Assembly (NCBI GenBank): GCA_022797215.1
Contig: JAAWKD010000002.1
Span: forward strand, 13-64,012
Source: Clostridia bacterium
Lineage (GTDB): Bacteria; Bacillota; Clostridia; TANB77; CAG-508
Direction: 5' to 3'
DNA: 64,000 bases
Part shown: piece after piece, positions 40,832-51,163 of the stretch
How the letters are laid out: every line of letters starts with the position of its first letter
How positions within the stretch are numbered: position 1 is the first letter of the stretch
Notes under the pieces: model-generated
Told to the model about the DNA's origin: nothing
The model's input: the letters and a program-made list of their open reading frames with translations, nothing else
The model's database searches: none
Made by a program: the position numbers and the translations under genes

Positions 40832-43800
40832 ATGTTTGATGAACAAACACTAGAAAAAGTAACAATAGAAATGCTACAAAATCTAGGATATGAATGTATA
40901 AATGGATATGAAATGAATAGAACAGACTTTTCTAAAATAATGTTAGAAGAAGATTTAGTACAAGCAATAGAGAAAATAAATAAAAACATCAAGACTGAGC
41001 AGATACAAGAAACGGTAAGACTAATCAGAAACTTAGACCATAATAATATAATACTAAATAATAAACAATTTACAAAATACTTACTAGAAGGAATTTCTGT
41101 GCCTATTCAAGAAAATGGAGAAACAAAATATAAAACAGTAAAAATACTTGACTTTAATAATATCCAAAACAATACATTCAAAGCAATTAACCAATATACA
41201 ATCATTGAACATAGTGAAAAAAGACCAGATATTATTTTATTTGTAAACGGTTTGCCTCTAGTTATAATAGAACTAAAATCAACAGTAAGGGAAGAAGTAA
41301 AACTAGAAGATGGATACAACCAATTAAAAGGATACCAAGAGGTTCACATACCAAGCTTATTTTATTACAATCAATTCATAATAGTAAGTGATGGAGTACA
41401 AGCAAGAAGCGGAACTATAACAAGTCCATGGAGTAGATTTTCTGAATGGAAAAAAGTAGAAGATACTGATGAAGTAAAAGAAAATATGCCAACACATCAA
41501 ACATTATTTAATGGTATGCTTAGGAAAGATAGGTTGCTAGACATCATTTCAAATTTTATATTATGGAGTGAGAATAGCAAAATATTATCAGCATATCATC
41601 AATACTTTGGTGTAAAAAAAGCAATTAACAGTACAGAAAAAGCAATAGATAAGAAAACAGGAAAAGCAGGTTTATTATGGCATACACAAGGAAGCGGAAA
41701 GAGCTTTTCAATGGTATTCTATACTGGAAATATGATTAAATTATTGCAAAATCCAAGCATTGTAGTTGTAACAGATAGAAATGATTTAGACAATCAACTA
41801 TTTACCACATTTGCAAAGTGTTCAGAATATTTAAAACAAGAGCCAGTACAGATTGAAAATAGGCAAGACTTAAATGATAAGCTAGAAGGAAGAATGTCTG
41901 GAGGAATATTCTTCACTACATTGCAAAAGTTTGAAGAAGAAACAGGCATATTTAGTAATAGAGACGACATTTTGGTTTTAGTTGATGAAGCACATAGAAG
42001 TCATTATGGACTAGATGCAATCATTAAACTAGACAAAGAAAAAATGAAAGCATACAAAAAATATGGAACAGCAAAATATTTACATGATGCATTTCCTAAT
42101 GCTACATATATTGGATTTACAGGAACACCAGTTGAAACAAAAGAAAAATCTACAACCAATATATTTGGAGAGATAATTGATACATATGATATGACACAAG
42201 CAATCATGGATGGAGCAACGGTTCCAATTATGTATGAATCAAGAATGGCAAGAGTAGGACTAAATCAAAAAATCTTAGATGAAATTGACGACTACTATAC
42301 ATACTTGGAAACTGAAGAAGATGTAGAAGAATATAAAATAGTAGAATCTAAAAAAGCAATGGCAACTATGAAGCAAATTATAGAAGATCCAGATAGACTT
42401 CAAATGATAGTAGAAGATATTATAAAACATTATCAGGAAATACAGAATTCAGTTGCTAATAAAGCAATGATTGTTGCTTATTCAAGGCAATCTGCTTATA
42501 TAATGTACAATAAATTCATAGAACTAAAACCAGAATGGAAAAATAAAGTTAACATGGTAATAACATCAAATAATAAAGATGATGAGGAAATGCAAAAGGC
42601 CATAGGTTCCAAAAAAGACAAAAAGCAATTAGAAGTAGATTTTAAAGATATGGATTCAGAATTTAAAATAGCAATTGTAGTAGATATGTGGCTAACAGGA
42701 TTTGATGTACCAAGTTTAGGAACAATGTATATAGACAAGCCTATGAAAGCACATAATTTGATGCAAGCAATTGCAAGAGTAAATAGAGTATATAAAGATA
42801 AAACAGGTGGACTTATAGTAGACTATATAGGCTTAAAAAGATGGTTATTAGATGCACTAAAAACATATACAAAGCGTGACCAAGGTAAAATAGTAGATAA
42901 CAGTGAACTTGTAAAAGTATTGAATGATAAAGTGGAACTCATTAGAGATTTATTTAAAGGTTTCCATTATGGGCATTTTGCAACAACTACGGATAGTGAT
43001 AAATATGAAATCATTATGGCAGGAGCAAACTGGGTATTAAAAACAGAAACAACCAAAAAGGCATTTATGAAATATAGTTATGATGTTAAAAGCCTATATT
43101 CTCTATGCACAGGTGCTTTGTCACAAGAAATGAAAGACGAAATATTATTTTTCATTTCAGTAAGATCATTCATTTCAAAATTGAGTGGAGAAAAGATAGA
43201 CGTTAAGGAAATAAATGAAAATGTAGCTAAAATGTTAGAAAGAGCTATACAAGACGACGAAATGTTACAAATAGGAGAAATACATAATAGCAATAGACTA
43301 GCGTTGTTAAGCAACGAAATATTAAATAAAATTGCTAAAATGCAAAAGAAAAATATTGCAGTAGAAGTATTAAATCGAGTATTAAAAGAATATGTAGAAC
43401 AAGTGGGCAAACAAAATGTAGTATTAATGGAGAAGTTTTCGACTAAATTTCAAAAAATTGCTGCAGCTTATAATGAAAGAACAAGTGTAGAAGACATAGA
43501 AAAAATCATACAAGAAATGATAAACTTAAAGAATGAAATAGAAGAAGAACTAAAGGCAGGAAATGAATATGATTTATCACCAGAAGAAAAAGCATTTTTT
43601 GATGCACTTGGAGATGACCCAGAAGTAAAAGAATTAATGCAAGATGAAATATTAGTTCAAATAGCAAAAGAACTTGTAGAAACTGTAAACAAAAATATGA
43701 CAATAGATTGGGATGTAAGAAAAGATGCAAGAGCAAGAATGAGAATTGAAATAAAGAAACTTTTGATTAAGTATGATTATCCACCAAACAAAAGCGAAAA

Positions 43801-43858
43801 AGCAGTTCAAACAGTTATTAAGCAAGCAGAATTAAAGTGTAAAGAGATGGTAGGATAA
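40832..43858 (+). CDS. hsdR: Type I R-M restriction/helicase subunit
   Basis: N-terminal PD-(D/E)xK (RPDIILFVNGLPLVIIELKS), SF2 motifs HTQGSGKS and VLVDEAHRSH, QAIARVNR. 1008 aa. Confidence 0.95.
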   Translation: MFDEQTLEKVTIEMLQNLGYECINGYEMNRTDFSKIMLEEDLVQAIEKINKNIKTEQIQETVRLIRNLDHNNIILNNKQFTKYLLEGISVPIQENGETKYKTVKILDFNNIQNNTFKAINQYTIIEHSEKRPDIILFVNGLPLVIIELKSTVREEVKLEDGYNQLKGYQEVHIPSLFYYNQFIIVSDGVQARSGTITSPWSRFSEWKKVEDTDEVKENMPTHQTLFNGMLRKDRLLDIISNFILWSENSKILSAYHQYFGVKKAINSTEKAIDKKTGKAGLLWHTQGSGKSFSMVFYTGNMIKLLQNPSIVVVTDRNDLDNQLFTTFAKCSEYLKQEPVQIENRQDLNDKLEGRMSGGIFFTTLQKFEEETGIFSNRDDILVLVDEAHRSHYGLDAIIKLDKEKMKAYKKYGTAKYLHDAFPNATYIGFTGTPVETKEKSTTNIFGEIIDTYDMTQAIMDGATVPIMYESRMARVGLNQKILDEIDDYYTYLETEEDVEEYKIVESKKAMATMKQIIEDPDRLQMIVEDIIKHYQEIQNSVANKAMIVAYSRQSAYIMYNKFIELKPEWKNKVNMVITSNNKDDEEMQKAIGSKKDKKQLEVDFKDMDSEFKIAIVVDMWLTGFDVPSLGTMYIDKPMKAHNLMQAIARVNRVYKDKTGGLIVDYIGLKRWLLDALKTYTKRDQGKIVDNSELVKVLNDKVELIRDLFKGFHYGHFATTTDSDKYEIIMAGANWVLKTETTKKAFMKYSYDVKSLYSLCTGALSQEMKDEILFFISVRSFISKLSGEKIDVKEINENVAKMLERAIQDDEMLQIGEIHNSNRLALLSNEILNKIAKMQKKNIAVEVLNRVLKEYVEQVGKQNVVLMEKFSTKFQKIAAAYNERTSVEDIEKIIQEMINLKNEIEEELKAGNEYDLSPEEKAFFDALGDDPEVKELMQDEILVQIAKELVETVNKNMTIDWDVRKDARARMRIEIKKLLIKYDYPPNKSEKAVQTVIKQAELKCKEMVG

Positions 43859-44716
43859 ATGGATAACGAGATAAAAAATATTTTTGGCGATATAAATAAT
43901 ATTTTTATAAGCAAATTACAGAGGGCTAAGAACAAGATAAATAATTTTAATGAAATTGAATTATTCAATGATTGTATAGATACATATAAACGTGCCTACA
44001 AACTGGTAGAGAATAATAGATTACTAGATGGAATAGTTTTAACTAGAAATGCATTTGAATTAATGATGATGTTATTTGGAATTAGAATTGATACCAATGT
44101 TAGAAAAGAATATTGCAAAGAAGATAGTTATGAACGTTATCTTGAAAGAAGAAAAATAAATAGGAAAGAAAAAGATTATTTATCGCAAAGCTACTTGAGG
44201 GAAATAATACTAAAAAAATATAAAAATATAGAGGAAGAATATAAGAAAATATACAATATTTTATCCAAATTTGCACATCCAACAATTCATAGAAATATAC
44301 TAAGATTTTTTGAAAGAGAAAAAGTAGATGTTGTATTGTTGTATCTAAAAATAATAATGGTTTTGCCAATATTATTTTTAGAAATATTATATGAAGAAAA
44401 AATAATAGATCACAATGTCTTTCAAGATTTTGTAGTATTTAAATATATTATAGAAAGATTAACTTTAATTTATTTTTGTAATAACACAGACAAAGGCAAA
44501 CTAAAGAAAGCAAATAAATATGCATTTTTAAATATTAATAAAGATTATTATGGAAAGATGGAAAGTAAGATAAAAAGAGAGATTAAAATAACTGAAAAAG
44601 AATTGAAAGAGAATCAAACAAAGTTTAAAGAAGCAATAGAAAAGCTTTTGTCTAAAGTAGAATATTATGATATTGCCAAGAAATTAGCAAATTTAAAATT
44701 AGTAATTGGAGATTGA
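43859..44716 (+). CDS. Hypothetical helical protein translationally coupled to hsdR
   Basis: Its ATG directly abuts the hsdR stop (TAAATG). 285 aa, Lys/Glu-rich. No catalytic motif recognised. Confidence 0.6.
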   Translation: MDNEIKNIFGDINNIFISKLQRAKNKINNFNEIELFNDCIDTYKRAYKLVENNRLLDGIVLTRNAFELMMMLFGIRIDTNVRKEYCKEDSYERYLERRKINRKEKDYLSQSYLREIILKKYKNIEEEYKKIYNILSKFAHPTIHRNILRFFEREKVDVVLLYLKIIMVLPILFLEILYEEKIIDHNVFQDFVVFKYIIERLTLIYFCNNTDKGKLKKANKYAFLNINKDYYGKMESKIKREIKITEKELKENQTKFKEAIEKLLSKVEYYDIAKKLANLKLVIGD

Positions 44717-44718
44717 AT

Positions 44719-44970
44719 ATGAAGATAAAATGTTTATTATGTAATGACGTAATTGAATCTAAAAACAGACATAACTTAGTAAGCTGTAAATGTGAAAGTT
44801 GTTACATAGATGGTGGACAAGACTATCTGCATTTTGGAGGAAAGGATTTTAGTAAAATTCTAATTATTTTTGATGATGGTACAGAAGTATTAGCAAGTAA
44901 TGAGACTAAGTATAAAAGGAAATATGAGGAATGGGAAGAAAACAGAATGAAGGAGCTTGTTAGTAATTAA
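44719..44970 (+). CDS. Small zinc-ribbon protein
   Basis: ATG 6 nt after TTGGAGA and 2 nt after the previous stop. CLLCNDVIES...CKCESCYIDGGQDY. Confidence 0.5.
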   Translation: MKIKCLLCNDVIESKNRHNLVSCKCESCYIDGGQDYLHFGGKDFSKILIIFDDGTEVLASNETKYKRKYEEWEENRMKELVSN

Positions 44971-45163
44971 AGCTTTAACAAGCATTGGAAGAATATCTAG
45001 AATTAATTTTACAAAGGAGAAGCAAAGTATGAGAGTAATTATAGTTACAGGATTATTTTGCTTTTTTGATGATAAATGGCAAAATATAATAAATTTTTGC
45101 AAAATGTAAATGATAAAATTATATATTACAATTAATACAATAAAAGTCGAAAGGATATATATT

Positions 45164-48100
45164 ATGGAAGAAAGAAAAAGAATTAAAAAATATTTTTTGA
45201 AAGATAGCGAACTAGTTAGTATAGACGATGATAAGTTTAATCAAAAAGATGTAGTAGATAATTTAAGAATAATTATTGAAAATACAAATCCACCATATAA
45301 TATAGCATTAATAGGCAAGTGGGGAATAGGAAAATCTTCAATAATAAATTTATTGTTAAATAAATATAAAATGGATTCTGATAATTATATTGTTCAAGAA
45401 ATAAATGCATGGAAGTATGAAAAAGAATCTTTAAAAAATGTATTTTTAAAATAATTATGGGAAGGTATTAGTGGTGAAAAAGTTAAAACATTTGAAACTA
45501 TTAAAAGAATATATAGAGATATTATAAATCAAGATAATGCAGAAGATGATTCAAGATTTAAAAATATGATGAAAACATTTGGAAAAATAAGCTTTGCAAT
45601 ATTTATAGTAAGTATTATAGCTTTTACAATATATAAAGCTATACAATTCAATGGAATTAAAGATGGATTTTGGAAAGAATGGTTTCTGAGTTATTGTAGA
45701 AACATGGGGAAAGTACTAATATTTCCTTTAATACTATCATTTGTTACAGTCACTCTATCAGAATTCATCAAAAGATATGATAAAAAAATTGAAGTTAAAA
45801 TACCAATAGAAACAACAGATGATTATGAAACATTTTTAGAAGATACAATAAATAAAAGAATAGGGAAAAACAATAAAAAGAAAGTTATAACTGTAATAGA
45901 TGATTTAGATAGATTAAGTATTGATAAAATAGTGGAAGCATTAGATGCAATAAAAGCATTTGTAGGATTTGAAAATTGTATTTTTATAGTTCCTTTTGAT
46001 GATTCGATTTTGAAAAAGGCATTAGATAAAAACAGAACAATAAAATTAGATGGTAATCATCAAACAGTAGAAAGTGAGCTAATACTGGATAAGTTGTTTC
46101 AATATAAAATATATATACCACCTTTATTAGATTTTGATATAAAAGAATATGCTATAAACTTAGTAAAAGAGAATATACCAGACTTTATAGAGAGATATTG
46201 CTCAATGGATAGAATAGAAAAAGTAATTAGAAAGGTATTAATACACAAAAATGTAACGACTCCTAGACAAGTAAAAAAGATTATAAATATATTTGTTAAC
46301 AATAAAATATTAATGACCAATAGAAGCCAAAATGGAAAGATTGAAAGAGATTTTTTGGATAGTGAAGAATCAGATTTGCAATTAGCGAAGATATCAGTTC
46401 TACAATCAGACTTTAATGACTTTTATGATGTACTATTTAGAAACTTCAATTATATAAAAAGAATTGTTGACTTCCATGAAACAAGTAAAAAAATAAATGA
46501 AATAGATAAAGATTTACAAATATTTTTTGAGCAGAAGGGCAATGAAGAAAATAGTTATGCAGAAATAAAACCAGAATATGAGCCTTTAATAAATTTTTTA
46601 AAACAAACTGAGAAATATCAAGTCAATAATATAGCACCATTTATGTATCTAATACAAGATGAAATAAGCATAAAAACAGGTGATGAAAATAATAGACGTA
46701 TGATTTCGTTTATGGAGAGCAAAAATACAAAATCTGTTAGAAAGATGATTGAAGAAAACGACAATATAATAGATTCAATTATATATGAGCTAGAAAATGT
46801 AGAAGGTACTGATTTATTGAATGGAATAATAACAACAATAAATTCTTTTGATATTATAAAAGAAGCAAATAGAGCTATGATTGTCGAGAGCCTATCAGAG
46901 AAAATATATAACTTAGCTTATACTAAAGAAGAAATGGATATTTTAGAATTAAATATAAATAATGTATTTTCTATATTAAAATTAGCAAATAAAAAAGAAT
47001 ATATAAACAAGCTGTTAGATAAATATATAGATTGTGCAAAAGAAAATATTGATTTAGATAAAAATATAGAAATTATAAATAAATATTTAGAAGAAAAAGA
47101 TAACTTAGAAAGTAATATAAAGGATAATTTTAAAGAGTTTATTTTTAAAGTAATAGAAAATAATACAGAAAAAATTAATATATTTATTGAGAAAGTAAAT
47201 ATCAAAGAACAGACCATTTTTGTAGAATATTTTGGGAATCAACTATTTAACACACTATGTAAATATATGGACACAAGTAATGACTTTTCAGAAAATATTC
47301 TATCTAAATATGAAGAGTATTTCAAACAACTAGAAAAAGTTGATAAAGTATTAGATTCTATAGATGACATAATGGTACTATTTAAATATACTAAATTACT
47401 TGAAATGCTAAATAGACTATTTACAAAGGAATTATGTAACAATATAGAAGTAAATAAAGGTACAGAAATAGCCAACATAATAGTAACATCTAAGAGTCAA
47501 GATAAATTGAATGCTTTAGATATATTAAATAAAATAAAATTCGAAATAAATGACGAAAATAGTGAAGATATAGACCAATATTTAAATGATAATCTAGAGC
47601 AAGAGAAAGCCCAAAAACTTATAAAGAACAATTTAATTAAAGACAAAGATAATATACAGTACTTAGAAAAGAGTTTAATTAATATAACTGAAACCATATT
47701 CGAAAACGAAAAATTTGATGAAATATTTAAAGATATAGTAATATATCTAGATGAAGATATATTAGATACTATATTTGAAAAATTAACAGAGTTATCTGCA
47801 TTTAATTCATCTAAGGAATATTCAAGAGAAAAACAAATATTTAAATACTTATGTATAAAAGAAAACGCATCATATATTACTAAATTTATAGAAGATACGA
47901 TAATAAAAAAATATAAATCATATTCATCATATAAGATATATTTTAATTATACATATGAAGTGGTTATATATGCAAAAGAATATATAAGTGATGACGAGTT
48001 GGAAGAATACTTAAAAACAGTTATATCAGCTTATAATAACTATCCAGAAAGAGCAATTTTGCCGTTCAAACTTTTAAAAGATGAAATACCAGATAATATA

Positions 48101-48892
48101 ATGAAACTGTTAATACCAAAGTTAAATGAACACTTAAATACGAGTACATATGAAGATAGTTTTAGTATATTAAGGAACAATAGAAAATTCTTTTGCAGTG
48201 AAAATGACAATTTGACAGAATATGTGCAATTTTTAGTGGATAATATAAAATTAGCAAACAGCCCTAATACAGTAATTGACGCACTAGATGAACATTTTAG
48301 TTATATATCAAAAATATATGAACTAAATAGAAATATTAAAGATTTAGAGGGATTTAATTATGATAAAGCATTTAAATTTATAGGAAAATCATTTGATAAT
48401 AAAAATTTGGGAACTGTTACTGATGATATAAATAGAATTCTTAGTGATAAAGGAACTGTACAAGATTGCTTAGACATAGAACTGAAAATGCACAAATATA
48501 CATTAAAAGATATAATTGAACAAGATAGTGAGAACATAGACACAATTGAAAATACCACATTATTAGAAAATATAATAGAATTATGTGCAAATAAGCAAAA
48601 ATTACTAGATTCAAAAACAGTTTTAAATTTTATTGCAAAAGCACTACAAAATATAGATAATACAGATCATATTATGGAGATTAATAATTTATTAAATGAA
48701 TTTGATAGAGTATACTTTAATGAAATTAAAAGCGAGTTAGGCGAAATTTTATATAATTGTTATCATATGACTACAAGTTGCACAATTAAAGTAGCAATGA
48801 TACAAAGAGCACGATATTACAAGGTTACAAGGATATTTAAAAATAAAATGCAAGATGAAGAAAAAGAATTTTATAATGATAATGTTGTATAG
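45164..48892 (+). pseudogene. Giant KAP-family P-loop NTPase interrupted by one in-frame TAA (45452-45454)
   Basis: Walker A IGKWGIGKSS. After the stop the same frame continues with the two KAP-specific TM helices (ISFAIFIVSIIAFTIY, VLIFPLILSFVTVTL) and Walker B VITVIDDLDRL. About 800 aa of helical C-terminal extension. No SD before the downstream ATG. Confidence 0.8.
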
Positions 48893-48949
48893 TAGAAAGG
48901 CGAGAATTAATCTCGCCTTTCTGATACGTTAAAGTGCAGAATTTGCACT

Positions 48950-49258
48950 TTAAAACGGAATGTTATTATCTTTACAACATCCAAAAATGAACTGCACCCC
49001 ATCACAAAACCCATTCCTATAATATTTCTCATTCCAATAGCCAAGATAATCAATAAAATTATCATAAATCTGGTCCAACTGGACTTGAACATACTTCTTA
49101 TTTTCTTCAGAAACATTCGCCAAAATATTATCAGAAAGCTCATCAAAATAAAGGTAATGCTCCTTATCTTTTGTAGAATTATTAGCAAAGATTTGATCCT
49201 CTCTAAATTCTAACCAATCCTTTAAAATATCATCATTTACTTCTCTGAAATTATTCAT
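48950..49258 (-). CDS. Hypothetical small protein
   Basis: 102 aa from the ATG 8 nt after GGAGG. Convergent with the KAP gene. Confidence 0.5.
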   Translation of the reverse strand: MNNFREVNDDILKDWLEFREDQIFANNSTKDKEHYLYFDELSDNILANVSEENKKYVQVQLDQIYDNFIDYLGYWNEKYYRNGFCDGVQFIFGCCKDNNIPF

Positions 49259-49431
49259 AATCAATACCTCCATAAATCTAAAAATTACAAAATTTCCTTC
49301 GAAAATTTTGCATACTTAGGCTGTAACAAACAAGTTTTAACAGCCTAAGCAAACTGGGCTCAATTTGGGCACACCAAATATACCAATAAAAACTGACAGA
49401 AGCCTTGTAAATCAATACTTACAGAGAATTA

Positions 49432-49476
49432 CTCATAACCCGAAGGTCGTAAGTTCGAGTCTTACCCCCGCAACCA
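49432..49476 (+). other. 3' fragment of a tRNA-Met(CAT) gene (anticodon loop to CCA), a putative att core
   Basis: CTCATAA | CCCGA | AGGTC | GTAAG TTCGAGT CTTAC | CCCCGCA A CCA parses as anticodon loop, stem 3' strand, variable loop, T-arm, acceptor 3' strand and CCA. The upstream sequence cannot form the D-arm or the acceptor 5' strand (no TGCGGGG). A hairpin + T-run follows at 49489-49519. Confidence 0.7.
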
Positions 49477-49765
49477 AACGTATATCACTAGAACTATAAT
49501 GGTTTTAGTGATTTTTTGTTGCTTTTAAACAGTTTACGATAATGCTATTTTTAAGCCCTATTATGTAGAATTGGGTAAAAGTTGGGTAAAATAAGTACCT
49601 CAAACTACTTAAATTCTAATAAAAAATCATTAAAATTTTATACTTTTTTATAAAATAAAAGGCAATGGGAAATCTAAATTTTTCTATTTAGTTGCCTTTT
49701 AATTTCATATCGTGAAAATTGTAACGGCTTTATTTCCGTTTGTGAAAATTAGAAAAAAGTTTAAA

Positions 49766-50959
49766 TTAAGACCTTGCTGGTAATAACAAGTTTTCTAATG
49801 CATATCCAGCTTTTCTATTATGAGAAAGTAGTGGATGCACATAAAAATCTAATGTAGTGCTAATTTGTGCATGACCAAGTCTTGCAGAAATAACAGCTAT
49901 ATCAACATTCTGTGCTACTAGTAAACTTGCATTTGTATGTCTTAATCCGTGAAAATTAATTACAGGTAATCCAATTGTACTTACATATCTAACAAACCAT
50001 TTGCTAATTGAAGAAGGATGCATAGGTTTGCCATCAGCTTGTACAAATAACCTATCAGAATTAGTCCACAATTCGCCGTAAATGGATTTTTGTTCTTCAT
50101 ACCATAACTTATATTCCTCAAGTAAAGAAATAATAAATTCGGGTATTGCAATCTCTCTAATGGAACTTTCTGTTTTAGGTGTTTTTGTAAAAACTCCCAT
50201 ATCAGATAGATATTGACTAGAACGATTAATACTGATTATTCCATTTTTAAAATCAACATCTTGCCATTCTAGTCCCATTAACTCGCCTAAACGAACGCCA
50301 GTAAAGATTGTTAGAATGATAGCAACTTTATATTTAGTATCTTCAATAGAAAGTAGTTCTAAATTTTTAAGTAGTATTTTAGTTTGATCATCATCATAAG
50401 ATCTTCTTTTAGGTTTTCTAGCCTTAGGTGCTTGAACACGTTCTGCAGGATTAGCCACTATAAGTTGCCAATAAACTGCCTTATGAAGCATTGCTCTTAA
50501 TAATCTGTGATGTTCTAAAATCGTTTTGCCAGATAAAGGCTTTTTAGTTTTTTCGCCATTGTTACCACTTTTTCTAACTAACTGAGTATCTTTTTCAAGT
50601 AAATCATAAAACTTCATAATGTCAGTTGGTTTGATTTTGTTAATGTAAAAATGACCAAAGTAAGGTAAAAGTCTTGTTTCTAACATTCTACAATAACGCT
50701 TGTATGTAGTAGGAGCAAGTTCCTTTGAACCATAATCTCTTTTCCATATTTCTGTAAATTCAGAAAATCTAAGAGATTTACCATCAACAACTAAGCCATT
50801 TTGTACTTCAGTAACAAATTTCGCTAGTTCAACTTCTGCATCTTTTTTAGTTCCGTGTACTGTTTTTCTGTGTATCATAGGATTTCCATTTAAGTCAAAA
50901 CCTTCAGACACTGTTAGCCTGTAACTATTTTTGCCTCTTTTTTCTATACTCCCAGCCAT
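49766..50959 (-). CDS. int: Tyrosine recombinase / phage-type integrase
   Basis: N-terminal AP2-like arm-binding domain (GSIEKRGKNSYRLTV). Catalytic R (GVRLGEL), HGLRHT, LGHAQISTTLDFYVH (R-H-R-Y set). Confidence 0.93.
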   Translation of the reverse strand: MAGSIEKRGKNSYRLTVSEGFDLNGNPMIHRKTVHGTKKDAEVELAKFVTEVQNGLVVDGKSLRFSEFTEIWKRDYGSKELAPTTYKRYCRMLETRLLPYFGHFYINKIKPTDIMKFYDLLEKDTQLVRKSGNNGEKTKKPLSGKTILEHHRLLRAMLHKAVYWQLIVANPAERVQAPKARKPKRRSYDDDQTKILLKNLELLSIEDTKYKVAIILTIFTGVRLGELMGLEWQDVDFKNGIISINRSSQYLSDMGVFTKTPKTESSIREIAIPEFIISLLEEYKLWYEEQKSIYGELWTNSDRLFVQADGKPMHPSSISKWFVRYVSTIGLPVINFHGLRHTNASLLVAQNVDIAVISARLGHAQISTTLDFYVHPLLSHNRKAGYALENLLLPARS

Positions 50960-51163
50960 TACTTAATTCACCTCCTTTCAAGTATTCCTATGGGTGGGAG
51001 GAGTATGTATTTTATTGTTAACAAAACTATTATACAATAATAGTTAACAAAATGCAATAGTTTTCAAAAAGAAACTTAAAATTTTATAGCACTAAAAACA
51101 TTAATGAAAACTGGTTTTTAATGACAAAATATGATATAATGCGACTTATCAAGGAGGTAAAGA

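Noticed and set aside
45029-45109. 26-aa ORF MRVIIVTGLFCFFDDKWQNIINFCKM with an AAAGGAGAAG SD upstream of the KAP gene
   Set aside because: It is too short and has no conservation evidence available. It could be a leader peptide, but I cannot support that from the sequence alone.
49400-49476. Complete tRNA-Met gene
   Set aside because: Only the segment from the anticodon loop to CCA fits. Positions 49400-49431 cannot form the acceptor 5' strand (TGCGGGG expected), the D-arm or the anticodon-stem 5' strand.
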